From assembly GCA_021778115.1 (NCBI GenBank), contig JAJYCS010000003.1:13156-77155 (forward strand): 64,000 nt of DNA. Direction: 5' to 3'. Below the pieces are notes generated by a model. That model was not told where the DNA came from, ran no database searches, and worked only from the letters and a program-made list of their open reading frames with translations. This DNA is from Deltaproteobacteria bacterium (GTDB lineage Bacteria > Desulfobacterota > Desulfuromonadia > Geobacterales > Pseudopelobacteraceae). The position numbers were made by a program, and so were the translations under genes. This document shows positions 17,387 to 28,324 of this stretch, piece after piece (the stretch's first letter is position 1; every line of letters begins with the position of its first letter).

Positions 17387-18565
17387 CTACCCTTCCTGCT
17401 TACGCATCTCCTCAATCTCGGTGTGATTCTCCAGATAATCGGCCAGCCGTAAGAAATCAGTGCGGGGATGGTTTTTGCCCCGCTGTTCGGAAAAGGCCAG
17501 TTGCGGTTTGGTGCCGTCAATCAGGTGGAAACCCCAGTATTGCAGGGTGGTACTGAAGCGGATCACCGCGTCGTCGGGATGGATAAAGCGGCACAACGGG
17601 TCGGTCTGGATGTAGGCACTTAAATGGCGCGCCAGGTGCTGCAGCAGCTTTTCGTTCTTCCTAGCCAGGGCCTCGGAGGGATCAAAGACGTTGATCAGGG
17701 CGAACAGCTCGGCGGTGCCGTTTATCTGCCTGATGTGACGGAAGGTGCGGGTGATCACATCGGCGTTCTTGGCGATCCCCAACGGGGTGAGGGTGGTGGG
17801 GACGATGCAGTAGTCAAACCGTTCCACCAGGCTGCGGGGATTCTGCTCCAGCACCGGTGAGCAGTCGCAGATCACGATCTGCTGATCGCGATACTGGGAC
17901 GGTTCCCACTCATCGTGGTTTAAGACGGTGATGGTGGCGCCGGGACGCCCCTTGGTCTGGGACGGCACGTAGAGCGACGGCGCCTCGTCATCGGGCCCCT
18001 GCATGAACAGTTTGCGCAGGTTTTTCTCCGGGTCCAGGTCAAGCAGCACCACGTCATACCCCATCAGGGCAAAGGCTCCGGCGAGGTGGGCGGCAATGGT
18101 GGTCTTCCCCACCCCTCCCTTGCAGGTAAAGATGCCGAAGTACTTCTGGCGGGCCGATCGCGGTGCGGATGCCTGTTCCCCACCAGGCTGTTCAAGGGGT
18201 GGATAGGTGCGCTGCAACTTGGTGTCGATGTGGGTCCAGAGGGTAAGACGCTTCGATTGCAACGCCTCCAGATGGGTGATGGCAGGACGGCTGAAACCGC
18301 TGGTAGATACCAGCCAGCCGCCGGCAAACCGGTCCCCACCGGGGGCATCCAGCAGGTCCAGAAACTTCTCCACCTGGGCCACATTGCACTTGGCCTTGTG
18401 GTTTTTCAGCAAGACCGCAAACCGTTTACCCTCCCGTTCGATCTCAAAGCTGTGGCCCCGGTTGCCCTCCGGGGGGAGATGTACGGTGAATCCGTAACGG
18501 GTCAGCATACGGGAAACCAGTTCGGCGTACTGCTCGGGATCGGCGGGAATAACGATGTCTGCCAT
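17387..18565 (-). CDS. Mrr-like restriction-endonuclease-fold domain fused to a ParA/MinD ATPase
   Basis: N-terminus resembles Mrr_cat (ELVSRML..YGF...LVSTSGFS); C-terminus has KGGVGKTT, LDLDP, ICDCSP. Confidence 0.75.
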   Translation of the reverse strand: MADIVIPADPEQYAELVSRMLTRYGFTVHLPPEGNRGHSFEIEREGKRFAVLLKNHKAKCNVAQVEKFLDLLDAPGGDRFAGGWLVSTSGFSRPAITHLEALQSKRLTLWTHIDTKLQRTYPPLEQPGGEQASAPRSARQKYFGIFTCKGGVGKTTIAAHLAGAFALMGYDVVLLDLDPEKNLRKLFMQGPDDEAPSLYVPSQTKGRPGATITVLNHDEWEPSQYRDQQIVICDCSPVLEQNPRSLVERFDYCIVPTTLTPLGIAKNADVITRTFRHIRQINGTAELFALINVFDPSEALARKNEKLLQHLARHLSAYIQTDPLCRFIHPDDAVIRFSTTLQYWGFHLIDGTKPQLAFSEQRGKNHPRTDFLRLADYLENHTEIEEMRKQEG

Positions 18566-18652
18566 GGAGACCTCACTAAAAAGTGCGTGGCGCTATGGAC
18601 GTTATAGGATATATTGGGCCGACTGACAACCGCCGGAATAAAGGTCGAACCG

Positions 18653-19603
18653 ATGCCCGATACCGCCGTACTGCTGCTCCAGATGGGCGGCCCCGATTCC
18701 CTTGATGCGGTGCGGCCGTTCCTGCTCAACCTGTTCACCGACCGGGAGATCATCAGGATCGGCCCGGCCTGGCTGCAGCCGTTTATCGCCCGGATGATCG
18801 TGAGGCGCCGGACACCGGTGGTGATGGCGAAGTACCGGGAGATCGGCGGCAAGTCACCGATCCGGGAGCTGACCGAGGGCCAGGCGGCGGCCCTGCAGCA
18901 GGAACTGGGCATCCCCTGCGCTGTCGGGATGCGCTACTGGCACCCCTTTACCGGCGATGCCCTGCGTCAACTGCAGCAACGTGGCGTCGCGAGGATCGTG
19001 GCCCTCTCCCTCTACCCCCACTACTCCCGCGCCACCACCGGCTCCAGCTTCAACGACCTGGACCGACGACTGGCCGAGCTGGGCGGCGCCTTCGAGCTGA
19101 TCCGCATCTCCCATTTTTACGACCACCCCCGCTACATCGAGGCGTTAGTTGAGCAGATCAGGCAGGGGCTGGCCGGATTTCCCGACCCCGGCCAGGTGGA
19201 GCTGCTGTTTTCGGCCCACTCCCTCCCCCAGGCGTTCATTGATCAGGGGGACCCCTACCTCGACCAGATCCGCTCCACGGTGCGGCTGGTCATGGCACGG
19301 CTGGGCGATATCCGGTATCACCTGGCGTTCCAGTCACGGGCCGGACCGGTGAAGTGGCTGGAGCCGGCCACCGACGAAAAACTGCGCGAACTGGCGGCAA
19401 GCGGCTGCAATCAACTGCTGGTAGTGCCGCTTTCGTTTGTCTCCGATCATATCGAAACCCTGCACGAGATCGATATCGAGTATGCTGCCGAGGCCCGTGC
19501 GCTGGGGATCGCCACCTTCCGGCGCGTCCCTTCCCTGAACAGTTCCCCCACCTTCATCCGCTGTCTGGCAGAGCTGGTGGAGGCGGCCCTGCATTCTTCA
19601 TAA
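18653..19603 (+). CDS. hemH: Ferrochelatase
   Basis: [55 protein letters not shown]. Confidence 0.96.
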   Translation: MPDTAVLLLQMGGPDSLDAVRPFLLNLFTDREIIRIGPAWLQPFIARMIVRRRTPVVMAKYREIGGKSPIRELTEGQAAALQQELGIPCAVGMRYWHPFTGDALRQLQQRGVARIVALSLYPHYSRATTGSSFNDLDRRLAELGGAFELIRISHFYDHPRYIEALVEQIRQGLAGFPDPGQVELLFSAHSLPQAFIDQGDPYLDQIRSTVRLVMARLGDIRYHLAFQSRAGPVKWLEPATDEKLRELAASGCNQLLVVPLSFVSDHIETLHEIDIEYAAEARALGIATFRRVPSLNSSPTFIRCLAELVEAALHSS

Positions 19604-19715
19604 TCATTCACACAACCTTCATCACTCCTCCCCGAGAGGCTGGTATGGTGGAATCATCACGCAGACGGTTAACCGGATGGCCGCCTGCAGTCACCAGACC
19701 AGGGAGGAATGAGTC

Positions 19716-20162
19716 ATGAAAAAGGGGATTATCGCACTGTCCGTTGTTGTCGCTGTTGCCGCTGCCGGTTCGGCCCTTGCCCAGCCCGGCATGGGGGGGA
19801 TGGGTCCCGGCATGGGGGGTCCGATGATGGAGCAGCGCCTGCTGCAGGGGCCGTACGCGGCGCAGTATAAGAAGTTCCTTGCCGATACGATGCCGCTCCG
19901 CGAAGAGATGCACCAGAAACATATGGCCCTGCAGCGAGAGTACATCAAGGACAAACCGGATACCGCGCGCATCGCCAAACTGCAGGGCGAACTGCTGCAG
20001 CTGCGGCAGCAGATGTACCAGGCACGGGTGAAATCAGGCCTGCCGATGGGCCGGATGGGCGCCAAGGGGATGATGGGGGGGAAACGGTGCGGCATGGGTA
20101 TGGGCAAAGGCATGGGCGCCGGCATGGGGCCGATGACACCACCTCCGGCACCGGCTCAATAA
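19716..20162 (+). CDS. Periplasmic Spy/CpxP/ZraP-like protein
   Basis: Signal peptide, Gly/Met-rich ends, helical core; directly upstream of a two-component system. Confidence 0.75.
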   Translation: MKKGIIALSVVVAVAAAGSALAQPGMGGMGPGMGGPMMEQRLLQGPYAAQYKKFLADTMPLREEMHQKHMALQREYIKDKPDTARIAKLQGELLQLRQQMYQARVKSGLPMGRMGAKGMMGGKRCGMGMGKGMGAGMGPMTPPPAPAQ

Positions 20163-20187
20163 GGCTGCCCGGCAACGCAGGGGATCG

Positions 20188-20220
20188 AGGGGCGGGTTGC
20201 GGACCCGCCCCTTTCCGTTT
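20188..20220 (+). terminator. Terminator/attenuator after the Spy-like gene
   Basis: AGGGGCGGGT-loop-ACCCGCCCCT then TTCCGTTT. Confidence 0.65.
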
Positions 20221-20233
20221 ATAAGGTAACCCT

Positions 20234-20935
20234 ATGCAGCGACCGATCCTGATAGTTGAGGACGATCTGAAGATCGCCCGGATCATCAAGGCCTATCTCG
20301 AAGGGGCCGATTTCCGGGTCTGCCATGCCGACAGCGCAGCTGCGGCCCGTGCCGCCCTCGATCGGGAGCCCCCCCTGGCGGTGATCCTTGACCTCGGCCT
20401 ACCGGACGGAAACGGCGAGGAGCTGTGCCAGGAGATCAAGGAACGGGCCGATATCCCGGTGATCATCCTGACCGCCAAATCGTCGGAGGAGGAACGGATC
20501 ACCGGTTTTGCCCTGGGGGCCGACGACTACGTGGTGAAGCCCGCCTCCCCCCGGGAGCTGGTCTACCGGGTCCGGGCCGTACTGAAACGCTATGACACGC
20601 CCGACGGTATGGACCGGCCCCTCAGTTTTGCCAACGGCGCCCTGGTGCTGGACAACCTCAGGCACAGCGTTACCCGGGACGGACAGCCGGTGGCCGTCAC
20701 CCCCTCCGAATTCAAGCTACTGGAGACCCTGGCCGCTGCCCCCGGCCGCACCTTCACCCGTGACGAACTGGTCTCCCGTGCCCTGGGATACCGGTTCGAA
20801 GGGTATGAGCGGAGCATCGACGCCCATATCAAGAACCTGCGCCAGAAGATCGAGCCCGACAGCCGACGGCCGACCTACATCAAGACGATCTACGGCATCG
20901 GCTACCAGTTCTGCGGGGTCCGGGATGCGCTTTAA
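20234..20935 (+). CDS. OmpR/BaeR-family response regulator
   Basis: ILIVEDD, VILDLGLP, GADDYVVKP, winged helix with IKTIYGIGY. Confidence 0.92.
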   Translation: MQRPILIVEDDLKIARIIKAYLEGADFRVCHADSAAAARAALDREPPLAVILDLGLPDGNGEELCQEIKERADIPVIILTAKSSEEERITGFALGADDYVVKPASPRELVYRVRAVLKRYDTPDGMDRPLSFANGALVLDNLRHSVTRDGQPVAVTPSEFKLLETLAAAPGRTFTRDELVSRALGYRFEGYERSIDAHIKNLRQKIEPDSRRPTYIKTIYGIGYQFCGVRDAL

Positions 20936-22280
20936 CCTGCAGCGGAAGCTGCTGCTCATGCTGCTGGCGGTCTGCCTGGTGGCGCTGGGGGCCGCCTTTA
21001 CCCTGCGGGGGCTCCTGCTCCATGACTTCAAGGCGCTGAATGCGGCGCGGGATCAGGAGCATATCTACCGGGTCCTGACCTCGCTGGAGGGGCAGTTCGC
21101 CCGGCAGCGGGGCTGGCAGCGCCCGGCGGTGACCGACGAGCTGCTCCGTGCCCTCCAGAGCGGTATCGAGGCCAGACTCTACGATACCGACGGCAATCTG
21201 CTCATCGATACCGATCAGGCCCTGCAGAGCCTGCCGCTCTTGAACCGGCGCCGCCTCCTGGTCACCACCGGCTACGGCCGCGACGCCCGTCCCAAAGGGC
21301 CGTTCAGCACCTACTCCATCACCTTCCACAGCCAGGTGATCGGCTGGCTGGCGGCACGGCAGCTCCGTCCCCTGGACGAGCAGCAGTTTCTCCTGTCGGC
21401 AAACCGGTTTCTGCTGGCCTCGGTGGTCGGCCTGGGACTCCTCTCCCTGGGGCTCGGCGCCTTTTTCGCCCGACGTCTGACCAGGCCGTTGCAGCAGCTC
21501 ACCGACGCCGCAGAACGGATCGCCGGCGGCGACCTGGGGCAACGGGTGCAGCTCGTGAGCGGTGACGAGCTCGGCCGTCTGGGAAACGCCTTCAACCGGA
21601 TGGCCGACTCACTGGAACGCCACGAAGGGCTGCGGAGGCAGCTCCTCTCCAACGCCGCCCACGAACTCCGTACCCCGCTGATGGTGATACGGGGCGAACT
21701 GGAAGGGATGATGGATGGCCTCTTCCCGGTCACCCCGGAGGAGCTGCAGTCGCTGCATCAGGAGGCGACCCGCCTCACCGCTATCCTGGATGGCGTTGAC
21801 GAACTGACCCGCGCCGAAGCGAGCTTTGTGACCCTGCAACGGGAAACCCTCAGGTTGGCCCCCTTCCTGGCGGGAATTGCCGGCCGTTTCGGCCGCCTGG
21901 CCGATGAGGGACGGGGCGTCATCACGGTGGTCTGCCCTGACGAGCTTACGGTCTGGGCCGACCCGGACCGGCTGAGCCAGATCCTGATAAACCTCCTGAG
22001 CAACGCGCTGCGGGCGCTACCCGACCAGGGGCGCGTGGAACTGCAGGCAGCCGCCGCAGCTGGCGATACGGTCATCGAGATCGCGGACAACGGGGGCGGC
22101 ATACCGCCTGAGCTGCTGCCCCACATCTTTGAACGGTTCTGCAAAGGGAGAGACGGGGGGCTGGGACTGGGGCTGACCATTGTACGGGAGCTGGTCCAGG
22201 CCCACAACGGCGCCATTGCGATCGAAAGCCGTCCCGGCGCCGGCACCACCGTCACCCTGCGATTCCCTGCACCACCATAA
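20925..22280 (+). CDS. HAMP sensor histidine kinase (BaeS-like)
   Basis: Start re-called at ATG 20925; two TMs, HAMP, AHELRTP, N/G boxes. Confidence 0.92.
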   Translation: MRFNLQRKLLLMLLAVCLVALGAAFTLRGLLLHDFKALNAARDQEHIYRVLTSLEGQFARQRGWQRPAVTDELLRALQSGIEARLYDTDGNLLIDTDQALQSLPLLNRRRLLVTTGYGRDARPKGPFSTYSITFHSQVIGWLAARQLRPLDEQQFLLSANRFLLASVVGLGLLSLGLGAFFARRLTRPLQQLTDAAERIAGGDLGQRVQLVSGDELGRLGNAFNRMADSLERHEGLRRQLLSNAAHELRTPLMVIRGELEGMMDGLFPVTPEELQSLHQEATRLTAILDGVDELTRAEASFVTLQRETLRLAPFLAGIAGRFGRLADEGRGVITVVCPDELTVWADPDRLSQILINLLSNALRALPDQGRVELQAAAAAGDTVIEIADNGGGIPPELLPHIFERFCKGRDGGLGLGLTIVRELVQAHNGAIAIESRPGAGTTVTLRFPAPP

Positions 22281-22296
22281 CGAGAAGGAGGATACC

Positions 22297-22950
22297 ATGC
22301 ATCTGACAGAAAGCCTGACCAGCTGGAGCTGGGAACAGAAATGCCGCAAGGCGGTGGCGGCCCTGGAACTGAACGGTTTTACCGCCCGCTACTGCCCCAC
22401 CCCCGACGATGCACGTCGCCACATCCTTGAACAGGCAGCCGATGCCCGCTCCGTCGGTTTCGGCGGTTCCCTGTCCATTGTCGACCTTGCGGTGCAGGCC
22501 GATCTGGCCGCTGCCGGCAAGGAGATCCTGAACCACGCCAATCCCGGTCTTTCCCCGGAGGAGAAGGTGGCGGTCCTGCGACGTCAGCTGACCTGCGACC
22601 TCTTCCTCTGCGGCACCAACGCCCTGACCCTGAACGGTGAGCTGGTCAATATCGACGCCACCGGCAACCGGGTGGGGGCGATGCAGTTCGGCCCGAAAAA
22701 GGTGATCGTGGTGGCGGGGCGCAACAAGCTGGTTGACGGCACCATCCAGGATGCGATCCAGCGGGTGAAACAGTGGGCGACCCCCCCCAATGCCAAACGC
22801 CTTTCCTACAAGACCCCCTGTGCCAGTACCGGCTTCTGCAGCAACTGCAACGCGCCGGACCGCCTCTGCCGGGTGACCACCATCATCGACCGCAGACCGC
22901 GCCTCACCGACCTGCAGGTCCTGGTGGTGAACGCCGCCATGGGTCTTTAG
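22297..22950 (+). CDS. LUD-domain (LutC/YkgG-like) protein
   Basis: Start ATG 22297 with GGAGG RBS; VGFGGS, NALTLNGELVNID.TGNRV, GRNKLV. Confidence 0.8.
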   Translation: MHLTESLTSWSWEQKCRKAVAALELNGFTARYCPTPDDARRHILEQAADARSVGFGGSLSIVDLAVQADLAAAGKEILNHANPGLSPEEKVAVLRRQLTCDLFLCGTNALTLNGELVNIDATGNRVGAMQFGPKKVIVVAGRNKLVDGTIQDAIQRVKQWATPPNAKRLSYKTPCASTGFCSNCNAPDRLCRVTTIIDRRPRLTDLQVLVVNAAMGL

Positions 22951-22959
22951 GGGCGCAAC

Positions 22960-23703
22960 GTGCTGACGGCGTTCAAAGGGCTGGGCAAGGCCCTCCTGGA
23001 CCTGGCCTTGCCCCCCCGCTGTCACCTCTGCCGCTCCTACATCCCGGCTGCCGGGCCGATCCACCTCTGCCCCGCCTGCCGCGATGGCCTGATGCTTGTA
23101 CCGTCCCCCCGCTGCACCGTCTGCGGCCGCCCCTTTGCCGGGGCTGGGGGGGATCATCCATGCGGCGCCTGTCTCCGGCAGCCGCCCCCCTGGGAAACGG
23201 CCCGGGCCGCATTCCTGTATGACGGCGGCTGCCGTGACCTGATCCAGGCGTTCAAGTACCGCAACCGGTATCATCTCCGCCGACCCCTCGCCCTGCTGAC
23301 CGCCGAGCTGCTGTTCCCCTACGCCGCCGCCAGCCGTGCCGACCGTCTGCTGGCGGTGCCCCTCCACCCGCGCCGCCTGCGGCAGCGGGGGTTTAATCAG
23401 GCCCTGCTGCTGGCCGAGACCCTCTCCCGTGAGTGGCAGCTGCCGCTCCTGCGCCAGGGACTGCGTCGGACCCGGCAGACCACCGCCCAGACCACCCTGA
23501 CCGCTGCAGAACGGACGGCGAACCTGCGCAACGCCTTTTCCGTTCCTGACCCTGCCGCCGTGAACGGCCGACGCCTCCTGCTGGTGGATGATGTCTTCAC
23601 CACCGGCGCCACCCTGACCGAATGCGCCCGTGTACTGCGCGCGGCAGGCGCTGCCGCGGTCTGCTGCGTCACCGTGGCCAGAACTCCGGAGCCGGGCTGG
23701 TGA
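22960..23703 (+). CDS. comF: ComF-family protein (double zinc ribbon + PRTase)
   Basis: CxxC pairs, VPLHPRRLRQRGFNQA, LLVDDVFTTGAT. Confidence 0.92.
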   Translation: MLTAFKGLGKALLDLALPPRCHLCRSYIPAAGPIHLCPACRDGLMLVPSPRCTVCGRPFAGAGGDHPCGACLRQPPPWETARAAFLYDGGCRDLIQAFKYRNRYHLRRPLALLTAELLFPYAAASRADRLLAVPLHPRRLRQRGFNQALLLAETLSREWQLPLLRQGLRRTRQTTAQTTLTAAERTANLRNAFSVPDPAAVNGRRLLLVDDVFTTGATLTECARVLRAAGAAAVCCVTVARTPEPGW

Positions 23704-23826
23704 TCCAGCAGGTGATCTGCAGGGAATTACACCTGTTTTTGCGGCATTTTTCTTGACAGCAACGCTATTGTATCCTATATCAGATCAGTATGTTCGGCTA
23801 GCTATCAAGTAGCAAGGGAGGACCGC

Positions 23827-24300
23827 ATGCGGTTGTCAACCAAGAGTCGCTATGGCCTGCGGGCGTTGTTTGACATCGCCTACAACGGCAACGGTACCCC
23901 GGCCCAGATCCAGGACATCTCCCGCCGCCAGGAAATCTCCCCTCGCTATCTGGAACAGATCTTCCAGAACCTGAAGAAGGCTGGGATACTGAAGAGCAAG
24001 CGAGGCCCGCAGGGAGGCTATGCCCTGGCCAAAAAGCCGGAACAGATCACCGTGCTTGAGATCATCAAGGCCACGGAACAGGATCTGCTGATGGTGGACT
24101 GCGCTGGTGAGGGGAAGAAGCGGCGGCGCAAGAACGAGTGTCCCTTTGAAGGGAACTGCGTCACCCAGACCGTCTGGAAGGACGCCAACGACCTGCTCTC
24201 GGAACTGTTCGGCTCGATGACCCTCCAGACCCTCTGCGAACGGGGCCAGGATATGGGGGTCAAGAAGGAACAGGACCACCGCTTCATGTACTACATCTGA
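23827..24300 (+). CDS. Rrf2-family transcriptional regulator with three Cys (IscR/CymR-like)
   Basis: [20 protein letters not shown]...SKRGPQGGY; C..C..C in the C-terminal half. Confidence 0.92.
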   Translation: MRLSTKSRYGLRALFDIAYNGNGTPAQIQDISRRQEISPRYLEQIFQNLKKAGILKSKRGPQGGYALAKKPEQITVLEIIKATEQDLLMVDCAGEGKKRRRKNECPFEGNCVTQTVWKDANDLLSELFGSMTLQTLCERGQDMGVKKEQDHRFMYYI

Positions 24301-24322
24301 CAACCGTCGGGATCGAACCGCT

Positions 24323-25243
24323 ATGAACCGTATCTACGAAACCTGCCTCCCCGCCATCGGCAATACCCGCCTGCTGCGACTGCACCGGATGGAGGAACCG
24401 GGCATGGCGGCCATCTATGCCAAGGTCGAGGCATCCAACCCCGGAGGGAGCGTCAAGGACCGGATCGCCCTGGCCATGATCGAGGCTGCCGAGGCCGATG
24501 GCCTGCTGAAACCCGGCGCAACGGTGGTTGAGCCGACCAGCGGCAATACCGGCATCGGTCTTGCGCTGGTCTGCGCCGTCAAGGGCTACCATCTGGCGCT
24601 GACCATGCCTGAAACCATGTCGCTGGAACGCCGCCGTCTGCTGGCTGCCTACGGGGCCGAACTGGTGTTGACCCCCGGCAACCTGGGGATGAAGGGGGCG
24701 GTACAGCGGGCGGAGGAGATTGCGGCAGAACGCCGCTGCCTGCTGCCCCAGCAGTTCAAGAACCCGGCCAATCCGGAGACGCATCGGCGCACCACCGGAC
24801 CGGAGATCATCCGCGATATGGGCGAGCGTACCATCGACGCCTTGGTGGCCGGCGTCGGCACCGGCGGCACCATCACCGGCACCGGCGAGGCGCTACGCCG
24901 GCATAATCCGGCTATCCATATCGCCGCCGTGGAGCCCGCCGAATCGCCGGTCCTTTCCGGTGGCCCCCCTGCACCGCACCGGATCCAGGGGATCGGCGCC
25001 GGCTTCATCCCGGATGTCCTCAACACCGCCATCTACCACGAGGTGATCACCGTCTCCGGCGACGATGCCGCTGCCCAGACCCGCCGTCTCGCCCGTGAGG
25101 AGGGTATCCTTGCCGGCATCTCCGGTGGCGCTGCCGTGACCGCCGCCCTGCAGCTGGCCCGGCGCCTAGGGAGCGGCAGACATCTGGTGGTCATCCTGCC
25201 GGATACCGGCGAACGGTACCTCTCCACCGGTCTCTTTGACTGA
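24323..25243 (+). CDS. cysK: Cysteine synthase A
   Basis: NPGGSVKDR (PLP Lys), [34 protein letters not shown]. Confidence 0.95.
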   Translation: MNRIYETCLPAIGNTRLLRLHRMEEPGMAAIYAKVEASNPGGSVKDRIALAMIEAAEADGLLKPGATVVEPTSGNTGIGLALVCAVKGYHLALTMPETMSLERRRLLAAYGAELVLTPGNLGMKGAVQRAEEIAAERRCLLPQQFKNPANPETHRRTTGPEIIRDMGERTIDALVAGVGTGGTITGTGEALRRHNPAIHIAAVEPAESPVLSGGPPAPHRIQGIGAGFIPDVLNTAIYHEVITVSGDDAAAQTRRLAREEGILAGISGGAAVTAALQLARRLGSGRHLVVILPDTGERYLSTGLFD

Positions 25244-26006
25244 TCATGCGCGGCTGATAGCGCTCCTCGCCACCATCCCCCGGATCGCCGTGGCCTTCTC
25301 CGGCGGGGTGGATTCTACCCTGCTGCTGCGGGTTGCCCGCGATATCCGGGGGGCGGACTGTTGTGCCGTAACGGCGATCGCCCCCTACCACCTCCGCCAG
25401 GAGCTCGACGAAGCGACACAGCTGGCGGACCAGTTCAATATCCAGCATCTACGCTGCCCCTTCGACCCCGCCACGGTGCCCGGCCTGCTGAACAATCCCC
25501 CCGAACGCTGCTACCTGTGCAAAAAGGCGCTCCTTGCACGCTGCCGGACCGGTCTGCCGCCAGGCGCCTGGACCCTGGTTGACGGCAGCACCCTGGACGA
25601 CCGGAGCGACCACCGTCCTGGTCTGCGGGCAGTCGCCGAACTGGGGGTCCGCAGCCCCCTGGCGGAGGCCGGTCTCACCAAACAATCGGTACGGGAGATC
25701 AGCAGGCGGCTGGGGCTCTCCACCTGGAATAAACCGGCCCAGAGCTGCCTGTTGACCCGCTTTCCCCATAACCATCGGATTGAACCCCCAGCGCTGCGCC
25801 GGGTTGAGGCAGCGGAGACGGCCCTCATCGGGCTTACGTTGGGAACGGTGCGGGTGCGCAGCCTGGGAAACCGGGCGAGGGTGGAATGCGAATTGCTCGA
25901 GCGGGCCATCTCCCTGGCCCCACAGATTACGGCAGCCTGCCTGGCGGCGGGATTTGAGACGGTAGAGATCGATCCGGCCGGTTACCGGAGCGGCAGCATG
26001 GACTGA
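25236..26006 (+). CDS. larE: LarE-family PP-loop sulfur insertase
   Basis: [10 protein letters not shown]-loop, [29 protein letters not shown]. Confidence 0.85.
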   Translation: MTDHARLIALLATIPRIAVAFSGGVDSTLLLRVARDIRGADCCAVTAIAPYHLRQELDEATQLADQFNIQHLRCPFDPATVPGLLNNPPERCYLCKKALLARCRTGLPPGAWTLVDGSTLDDRSDHRPGLRAVAELGVRSPLAEAGLTKQSVREISRRLGLSTWNKPAQSCLLTRFPHNHRIEPPALRRVEAAETALIGLTLGTVRVRSLGNRARVECELLERAISLAPQITAACLAAGFETVEIDPAGYRSGSMD

Positions 26007-26016
26007 GCGGGGTTGG

Positions 26017-26895
26017 CTAAAACTGGTAGATCATCAGCAGTCCCCCACCGGCTGCAGGACTGGCGTCGGTAAAGCCGGCAAGGCCATATACCTCCCAGGC
26101 GACCCGCCGTGACTGCAGAAAGTTGCATCTGAGCCGTCCCTCCAGGGGGTGGGCGCCCCCCTCAACCCGTGCCGACATCCCTTTCAGATAGGTGGAGACG
26201 AACAACCGATCAGTGGCCTGCAGCCCCACCCCGCCGCTGTAGGAGAGGTAATCGAGGCCCCGGTAGGTGGCGGTGTGGTCCTGGAAGAGATAGGAACTTT
26301 CGGCAAACAGCTGGAACCGGCCCAGCCACTTGGCCAGGGAGAGCCCCGGCCCCCCTTCAAAGGTGCCGGTTCCCAATCCCCGGCCATCATCACCGGTGGG
26401 CGCCTTCAGATAGAGCATCGGCCGGATCCTCGGCAACCAGTCACCCTCCTCGCGCAGGGTCCAGCCAGCGGTCAGGCTGATATCACCCAGACCCGCCTCG
26501 CTGATCTGCCGGGAGACCTTTCTTCCCCCGGTCCCGGTTCCCGCGCCATTGCCTGTTCCGTTACCGCGGCGTTGGCCCACCCCTCCCCCCTGGGTCACCA
26601 CCATGCCGCTACCGCTGCGGTTACTCAGGTAGAGGAGGGGGAGCTCAAGACTAAGATCCACTGCAGGGGTTGGATTCAACAACACCAGCAGCGGCACGGT
26701 AACCACCGTGGCATCGGCGTTGACGCCGTAATCACCATGGGTGACCTCGGCGCCGATACCGACGGCACAGGGGACATCGGGCAGCGCCAGGCGCTGCCGC
26801 TGCTCCGCCTCGGCCATGGCGGCCGGGATCGCGAACGACGCGACAACCGCCAGCACGACACCCCCTATGCAACCACGCAGAGATCCCACAGCCAT
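26017..26895 (-). CDS. Outer membrane beta-barrel protein, unknown family
   Basis: Signal peptide, alternating beta-strand pattern, C-terminal YQF; internal Gly-rich loop. Confidence 0.6.
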   Translation of the reverse strand: MAVGSLRGCIGGVVLAVVASFAIPAAMAEAEQRQRLALPDVPCAVGIGAEVTHGDYGVNADATVVTVPLLVLLNPTPAVDLSLELPLLYLSNRSGSGMVVTQGGGVGQRRGNGTGNGAGTGTGGRKVSRQISEAGLGDISLTAGWTLREEGDWLPRIRPMLYLKAPTGDDGRGLGTGTFEGGPGLSLAKWLGRFQLFAESSYLFQDHTATYRGLDYLSYSGGVGLQATDRLFVSTYLKGMSARVEGGAHPLEGRLRCNFLQSRRVAWEVYGLAGFTDASPAAGGGLLMIYQF

Positions 26896-26913
26896 CCTTT
26901 CATACCCGGCGGT

Positions 26914-27411
26914 TCACCGTCCCCGTCGACCGGCGGCGCCGCCACGCTGCAACTGCAGCCCATCCCCCTGGGTACCGCCCCGGTAGCCGCCGGACCAGCC
27001 GGGACGACCGGTGTCGCTTCGCAGCACCAGCTGCCTGCCGCCGGGCATGGTCACCCACTGGGCCAGCAGATAGCTGCGACCATCTCTCCCCTGGGCGAGG
27101 GAACCGCGGACGGTCACGGTATCCCCCGCCTTCCAGGAGAGGTCATCGTCCTGCAGGTACCAGCGAGGCCCCAGAACCGTCACGATCCGCTCACTGCCGG
27201 CAACGATCTCGAACTGCACCGGATCCATCCCCTGATCGGGGGAGGCGGTCACGCGACCGGTCACGGTGGTCACGGTATTGCGGTCGTACCCCTGAATCAG
27301 GTTCAGACCGCTCCCCTCACCGGCGCCGAACCCCCAGAACGCCTCTGCCGTAGAGGAGAGCAGCAGCGCAACCAGCGCTGCTGCTATGACGGTGGCTAGA
27401 GGAGGGCGCAT
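26914..27411 (-). CDS. Exported OB-fold protein (MamS/MamX-like domain suspected)
   Basis: Signal peptide; YDRNTVTTVTG...VLGPRWYL...GDTVTVRGS...LR...GRPGW; Gly/Arg tail. Confidence 0.55.
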   Translation of the reverse strand: MRPPLATVIAAALVALLLSSTAEAFWGFGAGEGSGLNLIQGYDRNTVTTVTGRVTASPDQGMDPVQFEIVAGSERIVTVLGPRWYLQDDDLSWKAGDTVTVRGSLAQGRDGRSYLLAQWVTMPGGRQLVLRSDTGRPGWSGGYRGGTQGDGLQLQRGGAAGRRGR

Positions 27412-27420
27412 GGCATCACG

Positions 27421-28281
27421 TCAGTACGGCCAGGGGCTGTACGGCACGGCGGCCGCGGTCACCGACGCCGTGGTTGTGGTCGTGGAGGTGCTCTGGGTGG
27501 CCAGGTAGTTCTGCAAGCGGGTACGCATCGCATACATGAAGCTGCTCTGCATCCCGGCATTGCTCCGTACATTCTGGGCGATACCGTTCAGGTTGGCGTT
27601 CAGACCGTTCAGCATGGCCCGGTACCGGGTTGCGTTCACCATCTGGCCGGTCATGAACTGGCTGCTCTGTTCCGCCATCAGCCCCACCATCTGCTGTGCC
27701 ATGGTATGCAGGGCCAGGCAGTCGGCCTGATACGGCTGACCGGCCTGGGAACCGGCAACGTAGTCACCAAGAGGGTTCATCCCCGCCGGCAGCCCCAGCT
27801 CGGTCCGCACCTGCGCCAGGGCATCGGTGAGGGTCGCGCCGGCGGCCATCTTCTCCTGGACCAGGGACGAAATCGGGCTGATCACGTTGCTGACCGTGCC
27901 GGAGAGCGTACTCGAACTGCCGGCGACCACCGACAACGCATGGAGGCAGAGCACGTAGCTGGCGGTGACCGGGGTCCCGGTATCCTTGTCCACGGTCACC
28001 CCCTGGGTGGCCAGGGCCACCAGGGGGTATTTGCCGACGTCGTTCGGGTCAACGGTGAGGGTGAAACCGCCGTTGGCATCGGTCACCGCCGAGGGTTCAC
28101 CGGGGTCCAGCTGAAAATTGAGATTCTTGTCAAGAAACACCGTGGCCTTTTCCAGATAGCCATCGGCAACGATGCCGCTGACCGAGGCGGTGCCGGCGGT
28201 GGACGAAGTCGAGGTGCCGCCGCCGCACCCTGCCAGGAGGGCCAGGGCACTACAGAGGATGATGCGCGGTATCTTTTTCAT
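27421..28281 (-). CDS. Lipoprotein of unknown function, Met-rich C-terminus
   Basis: Lipobox LLAGC; SGIVADGYLEKATVFLD..N..LD.GEP..VTDANGGF beta-sandwich. Confidence 0.7.
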   Translation of the reverse strand: MKKIPRIILCSALALLAGCGGGTSTSSTAGTASVSGIVADGYLEKATVFLDKNLNFQLDPGEPSAVTDANGGFTLTVDPNDVGKYPLVALATQGVTVDKDTGTPVTASYVLCLHALSVVAGSSSTLSGTVSNVISPISSLVQEKMAAGATLTDALAQVRTELGLPAGMNPLGDYVAGSQAGQPYQADCLALHTMAQQMVGLMAEQSSQFMTGQMVNATRYRAMLNGLNANLNGIAQNVRSNAGMQSSFMYAMRTRLQNYLATQSTSTTTTTASVTAAAVPYSPWPY

Positions 28282-28324
28282 GGTCGTCTCCTCCTTTCGG
28301 GATGGCCGAAGCCATCAGCCCTGG

